Under the pieces are notes generated by a model that saw nothing but the letters and a program-made list of their open reading frames with translations, made no database searches and was not told the DNA's origin. Shown in pieces: positions 11,713-25,600 of a stretch of DNA of 64,000 nt; positions within the stretch are counted from its first letter, which is position 1; every line of letters begins with the position of its first letter. The stretch is taken from positions 2,286,180-2,350,179 of the forward strand of contig NW_002060948.1 of the NCBI RefSeq assembly GCF_000150275.1, given 5' to 3'. This DNA is from Trichoplax adhaerens (taxonomy: Eukaryota; Animalia; Placozoa). The position numbers and the translations under genes were made by a program.

Positions 11713-14298
11713 ATGATCGGCGGTATTTTCATTTATAATCACAAGGGTGAAGTTTTAATATCCAAAATCTATCGCGATGATATTGGGTAAGTTTCAGAGC
11801 AATGATAAAAATAGCTGCTCCATCTGTGATTGGCAATTTAATTTAATATCATTTTAAAATCGTGATTTTTGGTCTTGCGAATTTGTACTATAAAAGCGAA
11901 TTATTATCATATAGAATGATAGAAATTCACCCTGTTGTTACTATACACGGATTTTACAGTTATGATGGCATTGATTCGTCATTTCTGTGCCCGATACCTT
12001 GGATCAGTAATAGTGATAATATATTTTTCCTTCCTTTTCAGGCGATCCGTCATTGATGCATTCCGCGTCAATGTCATTCATGCTCGTCAACAAGTACGTA
12101 AACCAGTCACCAACATCGCTAGAACCAGTTTCTTCCATACTAAACGTGGAAATGTTTGGGTAGCTGCAGTATCCAGGCAAAATTGCAATGCTGCTATGGT
12201 TTTTGAAATGATTAACCATTTGTGCAACAGTTTTGTCTCTTACTTCGGTAAAATTAATGAAGATTCAATCAAGAATAACTTTGTATTAATATACGAATTG
12301 TTGGATGGTAAGCCTGAATCATACACTTCGTTAAATTATTTTTGGAAATAGTTTTAAGATTATTACCTATTAATAGCTGTAGCAATAATATCTTTAGCTT
12401 TAAATTTGTAATTTCCACCTTGGTAATGCTATTTTTTAGAAATGGTCGATTTTGGCTATCCTCAAAAGACTGATGTTGGAATCTTGAAAACTTTCATCAC
12501 ACAACAAGGAATTAAATCAACTGTAAGATATAATACTGTAACTTTCGCTTCTAAAATCATACCTATACATTGTCAGACATGAAAATCTAGTGGTACTTAA
12601 AATTAAGAAATGTCAATTTCTTGCAACTAATCTAAAATTAACGTTATCGAATTCTTTGCCCAAGATAACTACGGAAAATATATTACAATTCACTTTAGTT
12701 AATAGTACGTTTGGGTAAACTTATTTATACAACATTAAATGTAATTGTTACCTCATTGCTGGATGTTTTATAGACGAGAGAAGAACAAAATCAACTTACT
12801 AGCCAGGTCACTGGTCAAATTGGTTGGCGTCGTGAAGGCATCAAGTATAGAAGAAACGAATTGTTGCTTGACGTTTTGGAAAATGTCAATTTATTAATGT
12901 CCGCACAAGGTTATGATTGTGTCCAATTGACTTATAGACTATTGTATCGTAATTATTGGATAGTTACCATATTGAATATAACAACACACAAATAATGCTG
13001 AAGAGTTAAACATATTGTATTTGAAAGATTTTGTTATCGTAATGTTGTGTAGGTCAAGTACTAAGTGTTCATGTATCCGGACGAGTCATCATGAAAAGTT
13101 ATTTATCAGGAATGCCAGAGTGTAAATTTGGCATGAATGATAAAGTCTCTGTGGAAGGCCCAGCAGGTGATGCCAATGCTGAGCGAAGAAAGATAACGAA
13201 GCCTACAATTGCTATAGATGATTGCAATTTTCATCAGGTTTGAATCAATTTATTGCTCTGATACTTTGTGTCCGACGACTTCCATTATGAGTAAAGCAGT
13301 ATTATCTGATGTAATGAATACCAATGAATTTTTTTAATTTTATATAATCGTCATTTGATAGTGTGTTAGACTTAGTAAGTACGAGACGGAACGGAGCATT
13401 AGTTTTATACCGCCCGATGGAGAGTTCGAGTTGATGAAGTGAGTATAAAGTTATAAAAAATTCTTTTCTAGCGGTTGATTGTCCATCCCATAAATCATTT
13501 TTTTTTTGAATCTAAACAAATATTATTTTGGTGTAGATATCGTACCACAAAAGATATTAGCTTGCCTTTCCGTATTATTCCCTTGGTTAGAGAAGTGGGT
13601 AGAACAAAGCTGGAAGTGAAAGTAGTATTGAAATCGAATTATAAGCCTCAACTTTTTGGCCAAAAAATTGAGGTTTGCAATTACATGATCAGGAAAGGGT
13701 GTAATTTATATGACATAGCGACACCTCGTAACAGATAGTTATACGCACATTTTATAGGTAAGAATCCCTACACCAAAGTCTTGTTCTGGTGTGCAGCTTT
13801 TATATCAGAAAGGAAAAGCAAAGTATAAATCGAGTGAGAACGCTATCTTATGGAAGTAAGTCTTTCAATTAGTAATATTTTATGATTCAAAGTTCAAATT
13901 CTCATGAATACAAATTTCATTCGCTATGCAAAAAAAGGATAAAGCGAATGGCTGGCATGAAAGAAAGTCAAATTAGTGCAGAAATTGAACTACTACCTTC
14001 GTCAGATAAGAAAAAGTGGAATAGACCTCCTATCTCCATGAATTTTGAGGTGATATCTTGTACTAGTAATTATTAAATAGTCATTATCTTATTATTTATA
14101 ATTTAAATGGTGTTTTCGACTCTCCTATTCTATTATTGTTACACGGTATAATTTCTTTTGTAGGTTCCATTTGCTTGTTCTGGATTGAAAGTGCGCTATT
14201 TGAAAGTATTCGAACCTAAGATAGGTTATAGTGATCAAGATACTATCAAATGGGTGCGCTATATTAGTAAGAGTGGCTCTTACGAAACTAGAACATAA
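11713..14298 (+). CDS. AP2M1: AP-2 complex subunit mu
   Basis: Exons 11713-11786 ([25 protein letters not shown]), 12042-12307, 12440-12522, 12774-12909 ([21 protein letters not shown]), 13053-13237 ([18 protein letters not shown]), 13362-13438 ([13 protein letters not shown]), 13537-13672, 13758-13855, 13938-14049 ([11 protein letters not shown]), 14164-14298 ([17 protein letters not shown]). Confidence 0.98.
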
Positions 14299-16186
14299 AG
14301 TCTACCGTAATCGATAATATAGCGAATAAATTTATGTTGTGCAAATTCTATTATTGGATTGCATGGCTTAGCACGAATGTATTAGTTATTCTATCGTTAA
14401 GTATTCTAAGTCACTTTCTTTGTTGATATTTCTTGGATTTATGTTTGCATTTAGTCAATTTCGATATGTTTAGATAAATCAAAAATACCATTTAGTTATG
14501 GAGATGTACAGATATTAATTTACCAGCCCTTGTTATTGTGACGTATCTGAATAATTGGAAAGACATCACATTTGGTTATTAGTACCTTATACTGTAGTGT
14601 AATGATAAGTAAGCTATTTCATAGAAAGCTAAAATGATATATGACGATTTAACCGAATGATGATATTTCTTTTTGCCGTAGTTTTACGTAACTAGCTGTT
14701 CACTAAATTGATTCAAATATTCTTGATATATAATTATATTTAACTGGCTGATTTACTAATTAGAACTATCTAAATAGTGAATATTCGATTTAGTTCAATG
14801 ATCAATAATTTTACTATTGTAGTGATCCCAAATCAGCTGTAAGGTTTTCCATTTAACATGGTTAGATCGTGTTGGTAATTTGTAGTCTATTTTCAACTGT
14901 AAAATTAGCCGTGACGCTAAAAAATAAAATTAAGACTGGTCGTTACCATTGGATTCGAGAGTGCGTACTGTAATAGGTTAAGATATCATTAGATATTAAT
15001 AATAACTCAGAAAATAATCATCAAGGACAAATTTAGCTGTTTTCCCTTATTATAGTAAGTTTAAGTAGTTTTATTTAATGTAAGCTAGCATGCTAAATTA
15101 ATGGCTACATAACCATTACAACATACAAAACTTGATGAAGACATAAAATGGAAGATCAACAACTATAATACAGGCTGTTATAATATTGGCGCCAATAAAA
15201 AAATCATACAAGCTAAATTTCGACCCTAAAAGAAAGCTATTAATAAAAGTAAAAATAATATCAACCAAGCATGTCTAAAAATTAATTACTGCAGAATACG
15301 CGTATTTATCACTACTACAATTCTGTATTATTACTGTAAAATAAACATAAATGTAGGACTGTCAGCTAGCCATAAGTTATAGTATTTGTGAGAGAAAATG
15401 TTACAGCCATTAAATAATAATCAAAACAAGTCAAGGTGATCTACAATTGCAATCAATCAGAAGATGTCATTTATGAATTCAGATACCGGAACAATGGTGA
15501 CCACGAAAATTGTACAGGTAGAACTGGGAAATACATATAGTTTACTTAATAATCACAATACCTTAATTCTATTTTTAATTATGCTATCTCCAGTAAAGAC
15601 CTGTTTCGATGTTGTTGATAGAATAACACTAATAAAATTAAATAAACGTAATATCGACAGAAAGAGTGCAAGAAACAACGATAACATTTTTTAGTAACGG
15701 TAATTCTATTATAACCCATTACACAGATTAATTAGTACATGATTAAGGATCGGATTGAATATTCTTATACCAGTCAAGTTAAATGAGCTGTTAGATAGTG
15801 ATGCTATATTTTTGTTAGCCTTGACTGCCATATTATTGGATGGTTAACTGATGTTACTGTTATCGTCATATGAGCATAGAATATGATTAAGGGCATTCTG
15901 GGATTATGATTACTTCTTATTGCAGTGTTATATTTAATAAGTTAGCTATATTTTCCAACCTTGTTTCAGTTTTAAGTTTCCCTTCACTAATTGATATTTT
16001 CTATACTAGAGTGCGTTTTTCTTCTCATTGCTTAAGGCAATGGGATATTATGTAATGGTTTAAGGTTGAGTATGGATGCATTTACGAATAGCTTTTAATA
16101 TCACACTACGGATGTTGCGGATATAGAAATTAAGTATGATATCCTTCCAATCGTTTTAATAAGTATCCGCGATGACTTGAAAGCAT

Positions 16187-19100
16187 TCAAGCCCCAACTA
16201 AATGGCCGGAAAATGAAGTTCTTTGTTGAACGGTGATTGAATGACCAGAAATATTTTCAACATAAATGCCAACTGTGTGGCCAGCCTATTAGGAGTAAGA
16301 AATATATAACTTAATTTAACAAATCAATTGGAACAGATGTTATACCACTATAAGGGCAAAAGTCATGACGGAAATAAGATAAAGGCAATCAGCCTTTTCT
16401 ATATTGTGTACTTTTTCTTTTCAGAATCCTAAGAACATAGTATGAGAAGGGTGTAGAAAGGAAGACTAGTCACAAATGCTATAATGTTACAGATCAATAC
16501 GGATACGTTAAGTGTATAAATGAGTTGTTCTTCGGAGGCAAATCTTATAAATCTGAGATCACGTGTAAATATGATAATATTACCTGATGGTAACAATATT
16601 AAGCAAGACTGAACACTTTATCAAGACAATTTGATAAATCTCCATTTATAAATATATAATTAATAGAAGTAAAAGATTTACTCGTTGATAATTTCCATTC
16701 AGACAAATATACAGTACTTGAAAACTAAAGAGAAATTGTTATTAGTACAGTTAATATCTTAAGCCTATCGTCTATTAGAAGGTTTTATATGATTAGCTTG
16801 GGTAGGCTAGTTCTCTAGGTCAGTCATTAATTTATATTGATATAAAATAGTGAAGTTTGGATAGCAATTAAAGTTGTCGTTTGATATTTGAAAAATGTTA
16901 AAATTTAGGAATACTCACAACTCATTGAGATTGGTGAGAATATGTTTAAATATAGTCGTATGATCTTATGATGTAAAATTTTAATTTAGATCTCAGTGAC
17001 TTGTGACTATTCGGTACGAATGCTTGTAAAACTTAAATTTTTGGTAAATACTAAATGATAATTTTAATTGTGAGTACAATAATAGAATTAATATAGCTAC
17101 TTCCACTAATGGGATGGTTACCTCAACGTATAAAATTCCGTCGGCATAAAGTGTAAACTGTCGGCTGTTAGGAGATATGCCGGATACGTATTTGATTGAC
17201 CTATTACGTGTGCAAGAGAAGTCGATGCAGATATAAGCAGTAACATGTTCGTTCCTGGTGAGAATAGTTGATGGTGAAATTGAATGATGTAGATGAACCA
17301 ATCCAGAGAAACGATAAATAGCTGAGTATGGAGCAATAAATAAGCCTTTTTTCACATCGACTCCATTCCCTCGCATGAAAGCACCACGATGTGATGGCTA
17401 TTTAGTAAAGGAATAGGCATTAAAAATTAGGATATAATTTAATATTCTGCATAAATTAATTACAATAACGTATAGAATAGACTTACTTGAACATAGTTAG
17501 TTAATAGCTTTCGCGTGCCATGGTCAATATTAATGGAAGAATGTAATTCCATATGGAAAGCAGATGGAATAACAGCAATAGGCGCTTTACTGAAACTTAA
17601 ATGATCTTGTGCTTTCTAAACGCAATTTAAAAAGTACTATTAACATGTATTACAATGTTTCTGTTAATATTTTAGAGTTTGAATCTTACCTTGGTTATAT
17701 ATGTGAAAATATTAACGCTGGATTGATTTCTTTTAACGCACAAGCCACACTGGACAATTTAAAATGTTATAAAAGTTAGAATAAACTTACTATGGCATCG
17801 TGATAATATTCCAATCACAATTAAGAATTACCTTTTCAGTTGCTGTAAAATATTCTGTATTGACAGGGTCAATTATTTATAACATTTGAAGAAAAGGTGA
17901 ATATGAGATTTATAATAAAGGAAATTATATTAATCAACTCTAATAATTTTTTTTGCTACCAAATATTGGAGTATAAATTAGTTTATTCTGCTATGATTAA
18001 TTAATAATATATTCGTTTGGATCTTACATCAATAATATCAGATTTTGGACTACAGCAGTGTAGAACAATTTGCGAGTAATATCAATTTGATCAAATTTAG
18101 ATCGGTATAAATAGTGATATAATGCGATAGTAGATATGTAAATGCCTTGACTATACTAATAAATTAGTTTAATTTGTTTTGAGTTGGGTACGAATACGAG
18201 CAAAAAAATAAGTAACTGAGATACTAACCTTCGAAGACTTCACGTATGACTGCAATGACATCGGCTTTCGCTATATTTTTTCCAGGTAATCCCGGTGGTC
18301 CTGGTGGTCCACCAGCTCCCTTAGGACCAGCCTATTGATCAATTTAGCCAATATATGTACTTGTTAAGAGTGATACCACGAAAAGTATTATCTAATATAC
18401 CACCATAATATTCTTGGAGTATTACAATAGTTTATTTTTATGTATATACAAGTTTTGAGTTGACTTGAATTTACTTACAGGACATGTAATCGGGCAATCT
18501 TGCAATTTTTTGCGTTCTTCTTCTTTTGCTTTTTCCAAAAAGTCTTTCCATGCGCTAAATGGGCTCTTGGTAGGTGCTTTTGAGCTCTAAAAGCCATGAA
18601 ATAACGATAATTAATATATGATTGGTATTCTATCGTTAGTAGATATACTGATTACGGGTGATAAGATTGAATATCGGTACTATATAGCATGATAGTCTTT
18701 TACTCTCTATGCATTCATTTACCACCTGTGCATAGTCTTTACAATTCTATCTATTTAGGTCTATATTGTTACTGTATGTAATGTAGATATCCTCCAAATT
18801 TGGAGTTTAATAAGGATTGCATGCATAAATTGATGGTCTTTTGTTATTTCATGGTGTATTACCCAGCTGTAAAGCTTTATTATTGTGTCTATCTTATATT
18901 GGATGTTTTATTCTCCTTTCTATATCTGTTTCTCAATACAAGCCGTCGAGTTATTATGAAATCGTTAAAGCTCTCTTTTGAGGGCTAAAAACCTTAAGTA
19001 TATCGACCGAAGATTAATAATAATGCAGGATTGCCATCATATGGACTACTCAAAATTACTAGCAGTCATTTTTCGTAACCTATGGCTACCACAATGATTA

Positions 19101-22100
19101 TAATTTTGGTACATGTTCCGTCAATATTTTTACAGTGTCTGTTATCCCCTAATGCATCTATGCTTTTTTTAATATCTACTCTAGGTTTATGGAATAAAGG
19201 GCAGTAAAAAAAATCTAGAGCTCTCCAATAAAAGCCAGCTGCCATTGGCCTGTTGCCTGGATATGAATCAATATTAGCGTCATATGATAGCTATCATCAT
19301 CATCAGTAATCTATACACGTCGACAATCTATATGGAGCTTTCTATCGTCTACTTTAGAAATAGTTTATAATGAGCTATTATAATAGGAGAAAAAGCTATT
19401 TTTATAGAGCATAAAGATAATTCAAGTTAATGAGGATTTAAAGGCATGAATAGCTACCGCTATTTGTGTTGAAGATATTATTTATAGTAGTTGTTATGAT
19501 GTAAAAGGAATAAAGTATGGACTTATGTGGAAAAATTTTTTCTCTATTATTCTTAATCATTACAATCATGATGAGGACCTTTTACTTTGCCATTTCATCA
19601 TTATTATCGTCATGAAGAGTTCACCTATTCTAGTGGGCACAATAGACGACAACTATAGGTTATAAGTTAATAAATTGTCTTGTTGATCTGCCCCATACCG
19701 ATTATGATTGTTCGTATCTTACCGTAGGCAAAATTTGCTAAAATAAAATTTGGATAACAATCGTCATTGACTCTAACCGCCATGTCTGTAGTGACAATAG
19801 ATAGCAAAGGAATAATGAATAATCACAGCTTTTGACTTGAGGATAATCAATAGACTCGAAAGCCACAAAGGTGTGATATATTGCCAATGACAGACAACAT
19901 GAAAAATATTAACATGCAATGGTGTCCTGATAACGAGGCAGATCGTCAAAATCAAATAGGATAAATTCCACTTGATCGTGATATCAGTGAAGAAAAAAAT
20001 GTGTTCAACTGATTCGACGTTCAGCCTTAGCCTTTTATACTTATTATTTTAAAAATTGAAAATGTATTACAAATAGAATAATTAGAAAAGAAAAAAATTG
20101 ATTATCGAACGATTGAAATTCGATAATTATTTGAATGCCTATCGGTTTGCTGTAATTAACATGGGTAGATCCATTTTAAATGGAGATAAATTGGATATGA
20201 GTCTATGATTGAGGATTAATCCGTGAGAGATTAGCACTTCAATATAGAATATTAGCAATAATGGAATTCAAGCAGTTGGATTAGAAAGAGCGATTCATAA
20301 CGGTTAGAAAGCTGATTTAAAAATGCTTTCACTGAAATCCTGTTGTTGCAAGTATCGATATCGGTTAATTATTACTTAATGAAAGTGATGATGATGGATT
20401 TTAAAGCTAAGATATTGTAATGAAAGATTTTATAATCATAGTTAAAAAGGTATTAAAATTGACTAGATATCATTTGAATGCATTAAAATCAATTAGAAAA
20501 CAAAGCAGTTACTCGATAGTAAATGATTCCTCAGGTAGTTACTAGGTAGTAAATTCCTACAAAAGTGATTAATGTGATTGATGAAAGGAGAATTAATAAT
20601 GGTAATAGCTCCAGCGAATCTACTGTTAGAAAACTAAAAAACGAAATTCCAATTTTGCTTGACATATTTATGTATTACTGAACAAGTAAGCGTTAGTTGA
20701 ATTAAAGATGAAGAGATTTACAGTGTTATACTACTATAAAATGGAATTAAGCTGATGAATGTAGCAAATTTATCAGGATATTATTGGAATGTGATGGAGG
20801 AGGAGACTTGGTTGATATCACGTGGGAAAGTCAAGGATTAAACGTGGGTAAATGGCGAAGGATGAACTTGAGCTAGAAATGCGATAGACAAGTAATTGAC
20901 GAAAAGACTTTGATAGAAGCTAAATCCATTCCTGAACTAGTTATCCTTGGGGAAACTACCGACACACTAGTCAGTTTGGAAACTTTACTTTACGTACAGT
21001 AAGGTAATATAGTATTTTAATGTTATACTGAAAGGATGAAAAATTAGTCAAATATCATTTTTTATTCTATAAAGATAGATGATATCTCATAAATGGAGAT
21101 AGTCGAAAATTGTAATCAGGTAGAAATGATTCAATTTTCAACTGTCAAATAAAAAACTAAAGAGAATGAATTGAAGTGTAAAACTACGAATTTATCTATC
21201 GTTTTTCCCTTAAGGGGTTCGATGGTGAAGCCTAGGTGAAAATCACCTCATGGATAATTGTAGCCATTTCTCAATGCATCGATACAATCCAGCTAAGAAA
21301 ATAAAACTATGAATGCTAACATGGTAATTATGGATAATTTGTAATCAATTAGGCACACATACAAAGAAAATCCTTTTTCAAGGTGATTGAAAATTAAAAC
21401 AATTATTAGTGAATTATCTTTATTCATTTGTAGTTCTATTGACTATTGCCATTGTCCAATTTTGATCAAATTGACATATTGTGATGACTGTGTTATGTAA
21501 TGTAGTCATAATTGACGTCTTTTCCCCTTCGCCTCGTTGCCTTGTATCAAAAATTGATTAATTTCTAATTTAAGAGATAGGATGATGAGCATCGATTGGA
21601 GAAAAATTGTTTCATCATCTTATTCTGATGGCACACCAACGCATTGAATAGAATGAGATCAATGCATGTCTAGGTTGAACAGTGATAAAATTCATTTTCC
21701 ATAGCTGAGAGAAAGTGATTACAAAAAATTAAAATAAAAAAAAAGGAAAGAAAGAAAGAATGAAATGTCATTCTTGTCCATATTTGTTCTAGTCATGATG
21801 GCACAGTAGAGCATAATGAAAATGATGATCAACATCGGGTAAAAGACATTTCACGCTTTAGTGAATCAATCTCAATTTATTTTAGGTCTAAATTCGACGT
21901 TATAAACTAAAAATAAATCTGGAAAAAGTCCTAGGATTGAACTGGTGTAATTATTATCACCGATTGAGATGATAAAATTATTCTATAATGAAACTTTGAT
22001 ATATTTTTACGGACATTAAATACAAGTAGTCTGTTCTATCTTCACTTCCGTTTAACATTCTAAAACCGTGTACCATTGTTGGAGCTTTCTGTAAATTTAC

Positions 22101-22620
22101 TCATCCTTGTCATTATCAATGGTAATAATTTATTGACCACGTTGTAAAGTTGAATGAGAGTAGGCAACATACAAATAAGAGGAATTTCTACGCAATATAA
22201 ATTTAATCAAACCCCGTCATTCTGGGAAATTGTTGTTGTTGTTTTTGTTGCTTTTATTATTATATTATTATATTTTTTTTCGTCGACGGAGAAAATGTAG
22301 AGTATTACAAATAGTGAACATAATAGCAGAAATAGTTGATCTTGATATCATCTATTGCTTACATGAGTGGTACAATGATCTCAATGTAATTTTAGACTTG
22401 TTCATGAAGTTGATTCAACAAACATTCTTCCGGGGGATACAGCATGTACAGTATTATTGTAAGACTGAAAATAAATTTATTTCAAAAATTGGCTATTTAC
22501 CTCAGTCGTTGCTTTCTTGCCTTGATTTAAAAATCGCTGAAACGGGTCTTGATCTGCCATGACGCAGTTTGATACCAACATTGCAATAACCATGATATAA
22601 ATCTTTTGCACTAATGCCAT
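16187..22620 (-). CDS. Secreted collagen-C1q/TNF-related protein of the adipolin (C1QTNF12/FAM132A) / erythroferrone (ERFE/FAM132B) family, about 301 aa
   Basis: Exons 22620-22501 (signal-peptide-like MALVQKIYIMVIAMLVSNCVMA), 18586-18479 (PFSAWKDFL), 18331-18229 (GPKGAGGPPGPPGLPGKN), 17842-17832 (11 nt), 17749-17690, 17615-17487, 17397-17122 (GAFMRGNGVDVKKGLFIAPYSAIYRFSG...ICIDFSC...VSGISPNSRQFTL), 16285-16187 (AGHTVGIYVENISGHSITVQQRTSFSGHLVGA*). Phases are consistent and the motifs match the FAM132 C1q domain as I recall it. Confidence 0.88.
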
Positions 22621-25600
22621 CTTTTAATCTTTTACTTGTTAACGATTGATAATGTCGAAAGAAAGACAATAATTTTTCAAAGTCCCAATGATGACTATAG
22701 ATATACTTTTGCAGTCCAGTAGTTTAGTTGTGAATTCAACCTTGTAGACAACAGATAAAATAATAAAATATCGGATCATTATATTGCAAATATAAGGGTA
22801 AATACAAATATATATATATATTTATATTTATATATTGGTGTAGTAAATTAGATTCGATCTGAATATGTAGATTAGTAAGTGGATAAATTGTTTCAATTTT
22901 ATCATTTTATTTGAGATATAGCAATTAGCTATAATGTAGATAAATTGGTTAAGAACATGAAAATTGTATTAGAAATGGCTGTCCTGCCTACTTGTTAAAC
23001 TGCAAATACTTTATTATGTATTCACGATAATTTAATACAGGCGGTTAATTGCGAAGATGGCAATCATTTAAGAAAACTAAATCAGACGGCAAAAATATTC
23101 ATTTCAATTTTTCGATTGTATGCAATACTAAAATTTTAGGACGGTAAATAGGATATAATTCTAGCAACAATATGTTAACAACTTATTAAATTGAGGGAAT
23201 ACCGAGCAAATTACCATGGTAATTAATGGAGCGTGAAAGTATAACAAAGTTTGGATGATAAGATAATTAGCTAATAAGAAGAAAAAAGAGGGATTTCAGC
23301 CCCGAAAAGAAGATTTGAATAATAATTTGGTTGTTAGGACCATGAATTACATTAATTTACGTAGTACAGGAAGATACTCTATGAGCATTACCGATATTCA
23401 ATTTAAGAAGGAAGAAGTAATGTAATAGTTAGCAAACGACTGGAAGAAGGATAGTCTAATTCTCAATATTAAACTACAGATTATTCATCCTCGGCCTTTG
23501 AATAAAAAGTAGAAAGTACGGTAGAGATTGCAATTTAGTAAAGCCAATTAAAGCCATAATAACATTGAATAAAGTGAAATTATGCCATGTTGGTAATCAT
23601 AACAAGTGTGATAATTATCTTTATTGACTTCTAATTTCAATGTGGAGACTTTACTGTTTGTTCATGAGTCGTTAGAGGCCAATGGAAGTGAAATTTTACC
23701 GATATTACTGGACTACTAAGCTAGTAACAGTACTCTAACGCTGAGTAAATAGTATTAGGCCAGATACTAAGATCTCTTCCTATCTACTCACTTATATAGC
23801 TATTTAAAATACTTTCAATTCTACCATTAAATTCGATCTGCGTTTTGAATTAAGAAATACATTTAAGATCGTTATTGGCCTATAGACGATAGACTAAATA
23901 CGATGGGTAAAATTATCTTGAAAAGACTCCTAATAGCGATTAATCTCAAGGATAGAATTGACGGATAAAATTCATCATTGATATTTGAATCATTGGCCGG
24001 TAGATTGCTAAAAAAGAAAACGTTGTAGTAGTGTAGGGAATAATTTCATTGAAGCGATTTTCAATCGTTATGCTGATATTAAATATCGAGTTTGAGGATG
24101 TGGCTAAATTGGGACTTTGGAAGTAGGGCATTTAGTCATTGTTCATCAATATTCATGGAAAAAAAATAGATAATGTTTGATGGATTATGTTAAAAAGATA
24201 AATACTAATAGTCTTTCATGTCTGTCGAGAAATGTTTTTACCTATTGATTAGCTATCGTTCAAACCTTTAGGTTCAATTTCTTTCAACTCGATCGGTTGT
24301 ATTTCAATTTTTCTTCTGTGATCCAAGATAAGAATAAAAAGGAAAACCAGTAGGAAAAAACAATTTTTTATTTTTGAATTGAATTGTTTTCTTCTTGATA
24401 GGACTAATTTTAGTTGTAATTGATCAAGTTGTCGATGGATTGGATGCAATTTCCACGTTAATACTATGTTGGTGAGATATAACTGTTTCCTTTTGGAGAT
24501 GGAAGGGTAGGCGATCAATGTGTAATTTGTTCTTTTTAATAATTTGAGTTGAAATAGACGTCAAAGGATCGCTGAGTCGTCGAAATCTTTATTCAAGACA
24601 AATGATGCAAATAGCAATAGTGACGAAAAAGTATTGACCGATTGATACTATGACTGTCTTTGTATATGCTTTCCTTTCTCCTTTCTTATATCATGATTGT
24701 AGGCAAATTGAACTGGCGCTATACGGGGCGCAGTCAATAAGAAGAAAGCTTTGACAAGCCCTACCATTATTAATGACTGTAATTTGAACAAAACATGAGC
24801 AATAGTAGCATGCATCCTCCTGAATCAATAGTATCGTATGGACATTTTGATACATTAGTTATGTATATCGTGCCTGTCGCCATCATGATTATGCAAGCTG
24901 GACACGCGCCCGCAACCCTTGATTTCATTGTATCTATCTAATGCACATCCATGTCTACGCTCTATGATCATCCTATACAGCTATATGCAGAATCTATTTT
25001 TAAATACAGTAGAGAGGGAATAAAAAATAGAGATGTATTGATTGATTATCTCTAGCTATAAAGCGAGAGAGGTTAGACTAGTGCAAATTTGCATCTACAC
25101 CATCTCTCTGACGCTTGCATACGACAAAAGCTATTGAATCGTATCGACTTTTACCTTAGCATTAAGACAATCTCATGCAATTTAACTCAAGTCTATGAGT
25201 AGGTATTGTCTTCCACGATAGACTAGACTATTCTAATAAATCTTTCTTAAGACGATGATTGATTTATTAATAAAATGGGCTGGCGGTCGCCATGAGTAAC
25301 CTTTTCAATCATACAGGTGATAAAAAAAGGAATTCAATCTGTAATATTAGCACATAATTAGACTCTTCGTCTTGTCAAAGAAGCTAGGCGGGGGGCAAAC
25401 TGGCCGCTTTCACGACAATTAGGATTGTTAGTTAAATTCTTTCTTTCAACATCAACAATACAACCTGTATAACTTTAGCAAACAGTTGGCTGCCTTATTC
25501 TCTAAATAAAAATTCAAAAGATTGCCTTAGAATGATCTCGATTCGACTCTAAGCATGATATACAGCGCATCTTGGGTAGATATTATCCTCCAATCGGTCA

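Noticed and set aside
16580-16725. Exon-like segments in the last intron of the FAM132-like gene
   Set aside because: The C1q domain is complete and in frame without them (17122 joins 16285).
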